Below, one piece after another: positions 24,948 to 32,000 of a DNA stretch of 32,000 nt. Made by a program: the position numbers and the translations under genes. The stretch lies in assembly GCA_034190325.1 (NCBI GenBank), contig JAXHST010000006.1:1-32000 (forward strand), read 5' to 3'. Every line of letters begins with the position of its first letter. Position 1 is the stretch's first letter. The stretch comes from Thermoplasmatota archaeon. Lineage in GTDB: Archaea; Thermoplasmatota; UBA186; UBA287. The notes under the pieces were generated by a model. It was not told where the DNA came from and searched no databases. It saw nothing but the letters and a program-made list of their open reading frames with translations.

Positions 24948-25235
24948 ATGCAGGAGCTCCTACAACAGCAGCCTGGCGTGGAGGAAGAGAGGGAAGAAAA
25001 AGAGCAGGGGGAGAGAAAAGAGATCCTGAGAAGGATAATGACCCCGGAAGCAAGGGAGAGGCTCTCCAGGGTAAAGCTTGTGAAGCCAGAGTTTGCTCAA
25101 CAGATAGAGGAGCAGCTCATATATCTTGCACAGAGTGGCAGACTTAGATCGCAGGTTGATGATGCCATGCTTAAAAAAATACTTGCGCAGTTACAGCAGG
25201 ATAAGGATATAAAGATAAGGAGGATAGAGAAATGA
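24948..25235 (+). CDS. PDCD5/TFAR19-like dsDNA-binding protein (COG2118 family)
   Basis: 95-aa [26 protein letters not shown] ... [11 protein letters not shown] is typical of the family. The homologous-looking N-terminal codons (TDEELEKLRKKR, 24912-24947) lie upstream of the first ATG. Confidence 0.8.
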   Translation: MQELLQQQPGVEEEREEKEQGERKEILRRIMTPEARERLSRVKLVKPEFAQQIEEQLIYLAQSGRLRSQVDDAMLKKILAQLQQDKDIKIRRIEK

Positions 25236-25387
25236 GCAGAAATAAGACAACGGGACTTAAGAGAAGATTAATGAAAGCAAAGAACAGCAATCGCAGGGTT
25301 CCTGCATGGGCTATAATGAGGACTGAAAGGAAGCTCATGTTCAACACCAAGCAGAGGAACTGGAGAAGGAGAAAGCTTAAAATATAG
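25232..25387 (+). CDS. rpl39e: 50S ribosomal protein eL39
   Basis: 51-aa ORF not in the supplied track: [57 protein letters not shown] lies at 25219-25224. ATGA overlap with the preceding gene. Confidence 0.9.
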   Translation: MSRNKTTGLKRRLMKAKNSNRRVPAWAIMRTERKLMFNTKQRNWRRRKLKI

Positions 25388-25401
25388 CTGGGAGATGGAA
25401 T

Positions 25402-25671
25402 ATGGACGAAGCGGAGAGAGGAATACTTGAGCGTGTTTATACTATTCCGATAGATTTTAAGAATATACCAAAGAAGCAAAGAGCCAGGAGAGCTATAAAA
25501 GAGGTAGAGCACTTCATAGAGAGGCACATGAAGTCAGATTCTGTCTGGATAGATAACAGGATAAATGAGATCATATGGGCAAGGGGTGCTGAAAATCCGC
25601 CATCCAGGATAAAAGTTAAGGCAACAAAGTTCGAGGATGGCCTTGTGGAGGTAGTTCCGCTGGAAGAATGA
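25402..25671 (+). CDS. rpl31e: 50S ribosomal protein eL31
   Basis: 89-aa ORF. Contains ERVYTIPI, KKQRARRAIKEVEHFIERHMK, VWIDNRINEIIWARGAENPPSRIKV. Confidence 0.9.
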   Translation: MDEAERGILERVYTIPIDFKNIPKKQRARRAIKEVEHFIERHMKSDSVWIDNRINEIIWARGAENPPSRIKVKATKFEDGLVEVVPLEE

Positions 25672-26318
25672 TGCTGCAGCTTGATTTCGATGGAAGCGAT
25701 TTCATAGGTATCTATGGAAGGATATGCGATAAATACGGTGTTTTTGGATCCAATGTTCCGGATGCAACCATAAAAGAGGTAGAAAAGAACCTGGGCATAG
25801 AGGCTATAAAGACGACAATAGCATATGTCAATATAACAGGCTCAATGCTCGCCATGAATTCAAATGGAATGATGGTCAATAACTTTATAAATGAGAAAGA
25901 AAAGAAAAAACTCGAGGGGCTGGGCTTGAACATCGGTTATACTGCTCCAAACATGAACGCTGCGGGAAATATAATACTGGTGAACGATAAGCGAGCGCTG
26001 GTGCATCCTAAGATTCCAAAGCTCAAAGACATGGAGGATATCTTTGGTGTTGAAGTGGTTAGAGAAGATATAGGCTTTCGGAACGTTGGCATGGTATTCG
26101 CACTGACAAATAAAGGGGTGCTTTGCCATCCGGATCTTAGCGATGAAAAGGTAAAGATGATAGAAGAGCTGTTTGGCGTTAAAGGGAGCTGGGGCACAGT
26201 AAATCACGGCATGCCTTTTGTTGGTTGCGGGCTGGTATGCAATTCGAAAGGTGTTGTTATAGGAAAGAGAACAACAAGGATAGAGATGACAAGGATCCAG
26301 GACGCTTTAGATTTTTGA
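25668..26318 (+). CDS. eif6: translation initiation factor 6 (aIF6)
   Basis: 216-aa ORF showing the pentein-repeat pattern, with repeated G(S/N).(V/I)G motifs: DFDGSDFIGIYG, NITGSMLAMNSNG, NAAGNIILVNDK, RNVGMVFALTNKG, FVGCGLVCNSKG. Confidence 0.9.
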   Translation: MMLQLDFDGSDFIGIYGRICDKYGVFGSNVPDATIKEVEKNLGIEAIKTTIAYVNITGSMLAMNSNGMMVNNFINEKEKKKLEGLGLNIGYTAPNMNAAGNIILVNDKRALVHPKIPKLKDMEDIFGVEVVREDIGFRNVGMVFALTNKGVLCHPDLSDEKVKMIEELFGVKGSWGTVNHGMPFVGCGLVCNSKGVVIGKRTTRIEMTRIQDALDF

Positions 26319-26705
26319 ATGGGCGATCTGGAATTATTTTAAGTACTGAACTTTTGCGTTTTGAGCAAAAATGCTCTTATTCTTTAGCTGAGCTCTTTTG
26401 CCTCAGAAGCAAGAGATGCATAAAGCAGCTTGCTGAGCTGATTTATCCGCACTATACAGTGAGAAATGAAATAGCAGGGTAAAGGCTTTCTGAAGTTCAA
26501 AACGTTAATTCAACATGATTTTATCTCCCGGATGGTGTCTTTCTCTGTTAAGGGTTCCTATACAAGTTTTATGCGCAAAAAAGGGCGAAATTGAGGTAAT
26601 CTTTGAGAAAAGAGCAGCTCTTTCGGGCATGGGCGCACCTATGGGATCATACCTGGAAATGTATGAATTCTGTCCAAAAACCTTCAGCACAAAAGTTATA
26701 AATAT

Positions 26706-26726
26706 AACAACTGTTATACAGTTGTT
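26706..26726 (+). promoter_or_regulatory. perfect 8-bp inverted repeat (AACAACTG-TTATA-CAGTTGTT) between a TATA-like box and a small ORF
   Basis: AACAACTG lies at 26706-26713 and CAGTTGTT at 26719-26726. This nests with a second inverted repeat, TATAACA-AC-TGTTATA (26703-26718). The TTATAAATAT box at 26696-26705 is about 29 nt upstream of the ATG at 26729. Confidence 0.35.
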
Positions 26727-26728
26727 TG

Positions 26729-26905
26729 ATGACAAAGATATACGTAAGAGAAAGAGTGAAGGCGGGCGAGAAGCAACCCAGATACAGGGTCGTTGCTGTA
26801 ACGGGCTCTGGGTTGCAGATATCAGCTCCGCACTTCAGAAGGGACGAGATAGAGAGAATAGCAAAGGATGCTGGGGCAGAGGTAATATATCTTGAACCTG
26901 AGTGA
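26729..26905 (+). CDS. small hypothetical protein (58 aa)
   Basis: ORF just under the track cut-off: MTKIYVRERVKAGEKQPRYRVVAVTGSGLQISAPHFRRDEIERIAKDAGAEVIYLEPE. It has a balanced, globular-looking composition, unlike the overlapping 126-aa ORF in another frame. A TATA-like box is placed appropriately for a leaderless mRNA. Confidence 0.45.
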   Translation: MTKIYVRERVKAGEKQPRYRVVAVTGSGLQISAPHFRRDEIERIAKDAGAEVIYLEPE

Positions 26906-27230
26906 AGATGGTATATTTGAAGCTTCTGCCGAGATCCTTGTAGAGGAGGGCAGGATAGCTGTGGTGTTTAGAAAAGACAGCATCATGATAAAGCTGCCTA
27001 CAACCAGAAGGCTTGCAGAGCGTTTCGGGGTTCCGAACTACTACGCTCTACCTTTTTTCTCCATTATGGAAGAAAAAAAGCTCATAAAAAGGATAGAGAG
27101 AGAAGGGATCTTTACGACAAATGAAGGTAGCAGGAAGCTTTTGGAAATTCTGAAAGAGAAGGGAGCTGAGGAGATCCTTGGTGAAGAGCTGCTTCATGCT
27201 CTGATGGAGAGGGCTATGATGCTCTTATGA
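26892..27230 (+). CDS. hypothetical protein, possible winged-helix DNA-binding fold
   Basis: 112-aa ORF with a TTG start in the track; an alternative ATG lies at 26985. TTRRLAERFGVPNYYALPFFSIMEEKKLIKRIEREGIFTTNEGSRKL resembles an HTH plus wing. The 3' end overlaps the convergent gene by 17 nt. Confidence 0.4.
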   Translation: MNLSEDGIFEASAEILVEEGRIAVVFRKDSIMIKLPTTRRLAERFGVPNYYALPFFSIMEEKKLIKRIEREGIFTTNEGSRKLLEILKEKGAEEILGEELLHALMERAMMLL

Positions 27231-28014
27231 CGGTGCCAGCATTCTCTCCTTCTAAAGCTCTCTCAAGGTAGCCTCTTTTATGCCCGTTAATTATTCTTAT
27301 TTCTCTGATATTTTTTGCTCCGCTAAGCATCTCTATAGCTTTTCTCTCAAGAACCATGTCCTCCATGTTCATGGAGAGGAGCTCTTCTGCTTTTATCTCT
27401 TTTATAATCTCAGCTTCAGGGTTTTTAAACGGGTTTTCTGTATAAAGCCCATCTACGTTCTTCAGCAGAATACAGCTCCTAGCACCGAGAACCTCAGCTA
27501 TGAGAAAGGCCCCTGTGTCGGTGCGGTGCATCGGTATGATCTCCGCAGGATATTCATAGAGTCCATACGGGGGTGTGCCGTGAGTAACAGGCAGAAGGCC
27601 CAGCTTCATCATCGTCGGAATGTCCAGCAGATCTGAGGTTTGGATCCTTGTTCCGCCATAAGCAGAGAGCAGAACAGAGATCATTATAGCATTCTGCTCG
27701 CTTATCTTGCCAGCAAGCTCTGCAAGAACCCCTGTGGGTAAGTTAAGATCAATGCCTATATCTAGGATGTGTCTTACTCTAACCCCACCTCCAGTTACTA
27801 TGAGGAGTTTGTGCTTTTTGCAGAGCTTTCCTATCTCATCCATCAATGGTTCTACAACCTGTGCTCCATAGTCTATCAGCCCATGGCCCCCTATCTTCAC
27901 CACATTTAGCTCAGGCGCTATCCTTACACTCCCTCTTTTTCCATAGCCCTCTATCAGCCCTCTCCTGACCAAACTTTCCCCTTTAAGCTTTGATTCTATT
28001 TCGTGCCTTTCCAT
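27214..28014 (-). CDS. amino-acid-kinase-fold protein (UMP-kinase / molybdenum-storage-protein-like subgroup)
   Basis: 266-aa ORF. Contains VVKIGGHGLIDYG, LLIVTGGGVRVRHILDIGIDLNLPTGVLAELAGKISEQNA, HRTDTGAFLIAEVLGA and LLKNVDGLYTENP. It is not the canonical archaeal PyrH pattern. Confidence 0.6.
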   Translation of the reverse strand: MERHEIESKLKGESLVRRGLIEGYGKRGSVRIAPELNVVKIGGHGLIDYGAQVVEPLMDEIGKLCKKHKLLIVTGGGVRVRHILDIGIDLNLPTGVLAELAGKISEQNAIMISVLLSAYGGTRIQTSDLLDIPTMMKLGLLPVTHGTPPYGLYEYPAEIIPMHRTDTGAFLIAEVLGARSCILLKNVDGLYTENPFKNPEAEIIKEIKAEELLSMNMEDMVLERKAIEMLSGAKNIREIRIINGHKRGYLERALEGENAGTVIRAS

Positions 28015-28072
28015 AAGTCTGAGAGGGTCTTAAGGTTAAAAAGGTTATATACTAACAAACACATTTTTAACT

Positions 28073-28750
28073 GTGATAAGTGTAGTGATACCAGCTCTGA
28101 ATGAAGAAAAAAACATAGAAGCCTGTTTACTTTCTCTAAAAAACCAGACATATGAAGACTTTGAGCTTATAGTTGTTGATGGTGGTTCAGATGACAGGAC
28201 AGTAGAAATTGCTAGCAGGTATGCAAGAGTAATAGAGCAGAAGAGCTCAACGATAGGAGGTGCCAGGAGAGAGGGAGCGGAAGTTTCTATGGGCGACATT
28301 CTTGCTTTTACAGACGCCGATAGCATAGCGGACTGCAACTGGCTTATGAGAATAGCAAAGAACCTTGAGAGATATGATCTTTCCTATGGGCCTGTGTATT
28401 TTTATGAGAACAACTTTGGAGCAACGATGGTTCAGTTCTGGAGAAGGATGAGCACCTTTGGTAGATTCTTTGGCTTTTACAATATCCTCGGGCCGAACAT
28501 GGGGCTCAAAGGGGAGGTCTACCTTAAAGTGAAGCATGAGGATATATCCTTGCTTGAGGATTATGATTTTTCTCTTCGCATAAGCAAGAATAACATAAGG
28601 GCAAAATACGACAGGAATCAGATAGTGTATACATCAGCCAGAAGAATGAAGAAACTCCTGCCCTATTTATGGCTCTATATGTATGGCTATTACCATCATA
28701 GCGTTAGAAACAGAGGAAGACTGAAGAATTACCCTAGGGTAAAGGAATGA
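28073..28750 (+). CDS. family 2 glycosyltransferase
   Basis: 225-aa ORF with a GTG start. VVIPALNEEKNIEACLLSLKNQTYEDFELIVVDGGSDDRT and FTDADS (DxD) are typical of GT2. Confidence 0.85.
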   Translation: MISVVIPALNEEKNIEACLLSLKNQTYEDFELIVVDGGSDDRTVEIASRYARVIEQKSSTIGGARREGAEVSMGDILAFTDADSIADCNWLMRIAKNLERYDLSYGPVYFYENNFGATMVQFWRRMSTFGRFFGFYNILGPNMGLKGEVYLKVKHEDISLLEDYDFSLRISKNNIRAKYDRNQIVYTSARRMKKLLPYLWLYMYGYYHHSVRNRGRLKNYPRVKE

Positions 28751-29984
28751 TCCTGTATCTATAGACAAGGGTTTTTGTCTCCTTCGGTTTCAACATCGTT
28801 TCCCATTTTATCCTGTTACCCATCGTTTCAGCCTTCGGATTTGTGCTCACCAGGGTTGCATCCTTTGGCAGAGTTTGCTCTATTGTTATGTTAGATACAG
28901 AGCTTCCAGGGTTCTTTACGCTTATAGTATACTCATAGATCTTCTTTTCTTTGTCTATCTGCACGTCTGTCAGGTTCTTCTCAACCTTTATGTCCTGTGA
29001 GTAGCCTACAGCTATTGTGCTTTCCTCCCCCTCTGCCGTGTATGGCATGGATGTTGTTCCTACCCATGTTGAGTTATCATAGTAGTATATAATTCCAGTA
29101 GGCAAAGGATTTTTGAAGGTGTTATTGATCCTTACTCTTCTCTCTACAGCGCTATCGCCCCAGTAATAGTAGCTTTCTGCTTTTATCGTGCCATCAAACA
29201 GCTCTAAAGAGAGCGGGCTATCTATGGTTACGTTCTCCAGGATAAAGGAGTAGAACTCAAACTCTCTGGCTGCGCTGGGGGGCATAGGTACGGCTACAGA
29301 TCTAGAGGCCTCTTTATATAACGCTCCCCCGAAGGGCATGCCTGTGCGTAAGGTTAACTTCGCATTCTTCAAGCTCACAGGGCTCTTTATGTCCGCCATC
29401 GCTTCTATGTGCTCTCCCTCCATTACATATCGTATACCAAACTCTGCACCATCAACTATGTATGATAGGGTAATGTTTGTGGGCATAGAGCCATCATAAA
29501 AGAGCTCCAGAGCGTTGATATTTTCTGGTTGCGGCGTGTAGCTCCAGCTCTTTACCTTATCCTTATTTATAGCTACTGTTTTTCCATCTTTCTCTATCGC
29601 CATAAAGCCTCCACGCTCCCCCAGATATTTTCCGTTATAGGTCTCATCCTCCGTTTCTATGGTGTACATAAGGTCTTTTTCCTCTGGCAGGATCATTCTT
29701 ATCCCGCTGATCTCAGGGTGCTCTATTCTCAGAGATCCTGGTTCTATGTCTTCAGGCAGGTTTACAATATTATCCTCCAGAACTCTGTTCTCCCGGATCC
29801 ACATGCGGCCATCCTCATAGATAAAGGCCTCTGTCACTGGTTTCATATCTATAACCTCTTCCTCCGGCATGGTTGTCTCTATCTCTACATTTGATAGGTA
29901 GAAAAGTAACCCTAGAAAGCATAGAAGAGCAACCGCGGCCGCAACAAGGAAGGATATCCGAGCTTTTTCTCTCATCTTCATCAC
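28734..29984 (-). CDS. membrane-anchored extracellular protein, DUF4139-like
   Basis: 416-aa ORF with an N-terminal TM helix (ISFLVAAAVALLCFLGLLFYL). The beta-rich body and the C-terminal pattern VKNPGSSVSNITIEQTLPKDATLVSTNP ... IKWETMLKPKETKTLVYRYRI resemble DUF4139 proteins. Confidence 0.5.
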   Translation of the reverse strand: MMKMREKARISFLVAAAVALLCFLGLLFYLSNVEIETTMPEEEVIDMKPVTEAFIYEDGRMWIRENRVLEDNIVNLPEDIEPGSLRIEHPEISGIRMILPEEKDLMYTIETEDETYNGKYLGERGGFMAIEKDGKTVAINKDKVKSWSYTPQPENINALELFYDGSMPTNITLSYIVDGAEFGIRYVMEGEHIEAMADIKSPVSLKNAKLTLRTGMPFGGALYKEASRSVAVPMPPSAAREFEFYSFILENVTIDSPLSLELFDGTIKAESYYYWGDSAVERRVRINNTFKNPLPTGIIYYYDNSTWVGTTSMPYTAEGEESTIAVGYSQDIKVEKNLTDVQIDKEKKIYEYTISVKNPGSSVSNITIEQTLPKDATLVSTNPKAETMGNRIKWETMLKPKETKTLVYRYRIIPLP

Positions 29985-31265
29985 CTATGGAACTACCCTC
30001 TTTCTGTCCCTTGGGAAGAGTGTGCACTCCTTCACATTTTCCACACCTGTAAGCACGCTCACGAGCCTCTCTGCTCCTATAGCCCAGCCAGCGTGCGGAG
30101 GCATACCATACTCAAAGGCTTTTATATAAAAACCAAAGTTCTCAGGATTTAAATTCTTTTCTATGATCCTTTTCTTAAGCAATTCTGCGTCATGAACCCT
30201 CTGTGCACCTGAGCTAAGCTCGAGAGGGCCGAACATAAGATCAAAGCTTTTTGTTATCGTTTCGTTGTTCTCAAAGGGCTGCGCATAGAATGGTTTTATC
30301 TCAGAAGGCCACTCTGTTATGAAATATAGAGGTTCCATCTCCTCAGCTATGGCTCTAATAGCCTCTGTTGAGATATCCTCGCCATACTTTATGTCTATGT
30401 TCCTGCTCCTTGCAATCTCTATTGCCTCAGAGTATCTTAACCTTCTTAAAGGAAGTTTTACCTCTGGCAGCTCATACTCCAGGAGCTCAAGCTCCCTTTT
30501 TTTATTCCTGCTTACCAGATCAAAGATATCTTTAACAAGTGACTCTAGCAGGGACATAACATCTTCATGGTTCGCAAATGATTGTTCTACGTCTATAGAA
30601 ACGAACTCATTTAAGTGTCTTGGTGTGTTATGCTCTTCTGCTCTGAAAGCTGGGGCTATCTCAAAAACCCTATCAAAGCCAGAACTCATCAATATCTCCT
30701 TGTAGAGTTGCGGGCTCTGTGAAAGGTAGCACTCCTTTTCAAAGTATTTGACAGTAAAGAGCTCTGTACCACCCTCTGTTGCTGTTGCTATTATCTTTGG
30801 GGTGTTTACCTCCATGAAGTCTCTATTTATCAGAAATTCCCTTATGATCCTGAAAGCCTCACTTCTTATGCGGAATATCGCAAGATTCCTCGGATTGCGC
30901 AGGTCCATAAAGCGCGAGTCAATTCTTGTGTCAAAATCTGCTTTTACCTTTTGCGTAACATCCAGCGGCAGTGGCGCTTTTGCTGGATTTAGAATCTCAA
31001 CTTCGCTTGCTACCAGTTCGCAGCCACCAGAAACACTCTCATTTCTTTCAAGTGAACCTTTTACAGATATGACGCTCTCCAGCGTTAGCTCTTTAACTGG
31101 CTTTGGATCATGAAATGTTACCTGTATGTCCGCTATTCCTTCTCTCAATCTTACAAATCCTATGTTTTTCAGTACCCTTACATTCTGAACCCAGCCAGAT
31201 ATTACGAGCTCCTTGCCATAGTCTTTTTCGCTTATCTCCTCTACCCTCTCAGTCCTTTTTACCAT
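29985..31265 (-). CDS. aspS: aspartyl-tRNA synthetase, archaeal type
   Basis: 426-aa ORF with an N-terminal OB fold (ISGWVQNVRVLKNIGFVRLREG). Class II motifs are FRAEEHNTPRHLNEF and GWAIGAERL. Confidence 0.95.
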   Translation of the reverse strand: MVKRTERVEEISEKDYGKELVISGWVQNVRVLKNIGFVRLREGIADIQVTFHDPKPVKELTLESVISVKGSLERNESVSGGCELVASEVEILNPAKAPLPLDVTQKVKADFDTRIDSRFMDLRNPRNLAIFRIRSEAFRIIREFLINRDFMEVNTPKIIATATEGGTELFTVKYFEKECYLSQSPQLYKEILMSSGFDRVFEIAPAFRAEEHNTPRHLNEFVSIDVEQSFANHEDVMSLLESLVKDIFDLVSRNKKRELELLEYELPEVKLPLRRLRYSEAIEIARSRNIDIKYGEDISTEAIRAIAEEMEPLYFITEWPSEIKPFYAQPFENNETITKSFDLMFGPLELSSGAQRVHDAELLKKRIIEKNLNPENFGFYIKAFEYGMPPHAGWAIGAERLVSVLTGVENVKECTLFPRDRKRVVP

Positions 31266-31801
31266 TACAACTCCCCCAGGAGATCTCTGCTATCCATAAC
31301 CTTTGCACCATAGTACTTCCTTATGTACTCCAGCCCACTATCATAATCCTCCTGCGATAGGGCTTCTGTGCAATCGCTGAGCACCGTTACACCATAACCA
31401 AGGAAATAAGCATCTGCAGCCGTATGTCTTACGCAAAGGTTTGCGTGCAGACCTGTAAGAACCACTTCATCAACCCCCAGCTCTCTTAGAAGCATGTCAA
31501 GCTCCGTTCCAAAGAAACAGCTGTACCTTCTCTTTGGGACAATATAATCCCCTGTCTGAGGGGCAAGCTCTTCTATAACCTCAGCCCCCCTCGTTCCAGC
31601 CATTGCATGTTCCCCCCACATAGAGATCTCTCTATCTATGCCTTTGATATGGGCATCATTACAGTATACCACCGGCAGTCCCTGCTCTCTAAAAGCGTCA
31701 GAGACTTTTTTTATTTCCGGCACTATATGGAAAGCTCTTTCGCACTTTAAAGAACCTGTCAGAAAGTCATTCAGCATATCTATCACAAGAAGTGCTTTCA
31801 T
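31265..31801 (-). CDS. isochorismatase-family hydrolase (nicotinamidase-like)
   Basis: MKALLVIDMLNDF, CNDAH and TGLHANLCVRHTAADAYFLGY (catalytic Cys). Start taken at Met16 (31801). An AAATATATAG box lies about 25-30 nt upstream on the minus strand. Confidence 0.8.
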   Translation of the reverse strand: MKALLVIDMLNDFLTGSLKCERAFHIVPEIKKVSDAFREQGLPVVYCNDAHIKGIDREISMWGEHAMAGTRGAEVIEELAPQTGDYIVPKRRYSCFFGTELDMLLRELGVDEVVLTGLHANLCVRHTAADAYFLGYGVTVLSDCTEALSQEDYDSGLEYIRKYYGAKVMDSRDLLGEL

Positions 31802-31846
31802 ACAGAAGAATTGATCTTTCTCTATATATTTTATTTTATTATTCAA

Positions 31847-32000
31847 TCAAACCTTCAAGATATTAGAGAGCCATGAAGGCATGACAAAACCCAGATAGAG
31901 CAAGACCACAGCTATGGCTATAAAGACCCTTCTTATGCCTATAGGCACATAGCCCCCGATGCCATCGCACACCGTGACAAAGAATGCCAGCATTGCGAAT
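31847..32000 (-). CDS. C-terminal fragment of a membrane protein (gene continues beyond the window)
   Basis: The open minus-strand frame reads ...FAMLAFFVTVCDGIGGYVPIGIRRVFIAIAVVLLYLGFVMPSWLSNILKV, with the stop at 31847-31849. It is hydrophobic and no family was assigned. Confidence 0.4.
   Translation of the reverse strand, partial: FAMLAFFVTVCDGIGGYVPIGIRRVFIAIAVVLLYLGFVMPSWLSNILKV

Noticed and set aside
26515-26895. 126-aa plus-strand ORF in the gap after aIF6
   Set aside because: Its C-terminal half (RKRKSEGGREATQIQGRCCNGLWVADISS...GCWGRGNIS) looks like an out-of-frame read of the better-behaved 58-aa ORF at 26729-26905. It has no recognisable motif and no sensible start context.

Overview
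Densely coding archaeal chromosomal window with about 40 genes. The archaeal assignment rests on AglB/STT3, the archaellum motor genes arlH/I/J, eS19/eL39/eL31/aIF6, Nep1, archaeal DTD2, archaeal-type AspRS, and tRNAs with non-canonical introns. The lineage cannot be fixed from sequence alone; a Thermoplasmata/DHVE2-like euryarchaeon is only a guess. No CRISPR array, transposase or integrase was seen. Content from left to right is as follows. (1) A decayed carbamate kinase, a PIG-L deacetylase, two tandem ferritin-like diiron proteins, FolC, and tRNA-Lys(CUU). (2) A V4R protein, an acyl-CoA carboxyltransferase and a biotin carrier. (3) An archaellum motor operon (FlaF/G-like, arlH, arlI, arlJ) translationally coupled to an RNase-H-fold protein and DTD2. 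(4) A decayed arginase-family gene. (5) PGI/PMI, ApbE and a long AglB, then Nep1 and a membrane protein. (6) A tightly coupled six-gene minus-strand operon: V4R-like, Roadblock/LC7, V4R, a dead KaiC-like domain fused to a small GTPase, a KaiC-like protein, and a signal-peptide protein. (7) tRNA-Arg(CCU), a dUTPase-like gene, and a ribosomal cluster (eS19, PDCD5-like, eL39, eL31, aIF6). (8) An odd 410-bp gap followed by a 58-aa ORF and a wHTH-like ORF. (9) An amino-acid-kinase-fold protein, a GT2 glycosyltransferase, a DUF4139-like envelope protein, AspRS, an isochorismatase-family protein, and a partial membrane protein. The best candidate for an undescribed system is the Roadblock / V4R / GTPase / KaiC-like operon at 20.0-23.8 kb. 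In it, every RecA-type nucleotide site looks degenerate and only the GTPase site is intact. Other notable points are that both tRNAs carry an intron in the T-loop at the same position, and that two arginine-catabolism genes are pseudogenes.
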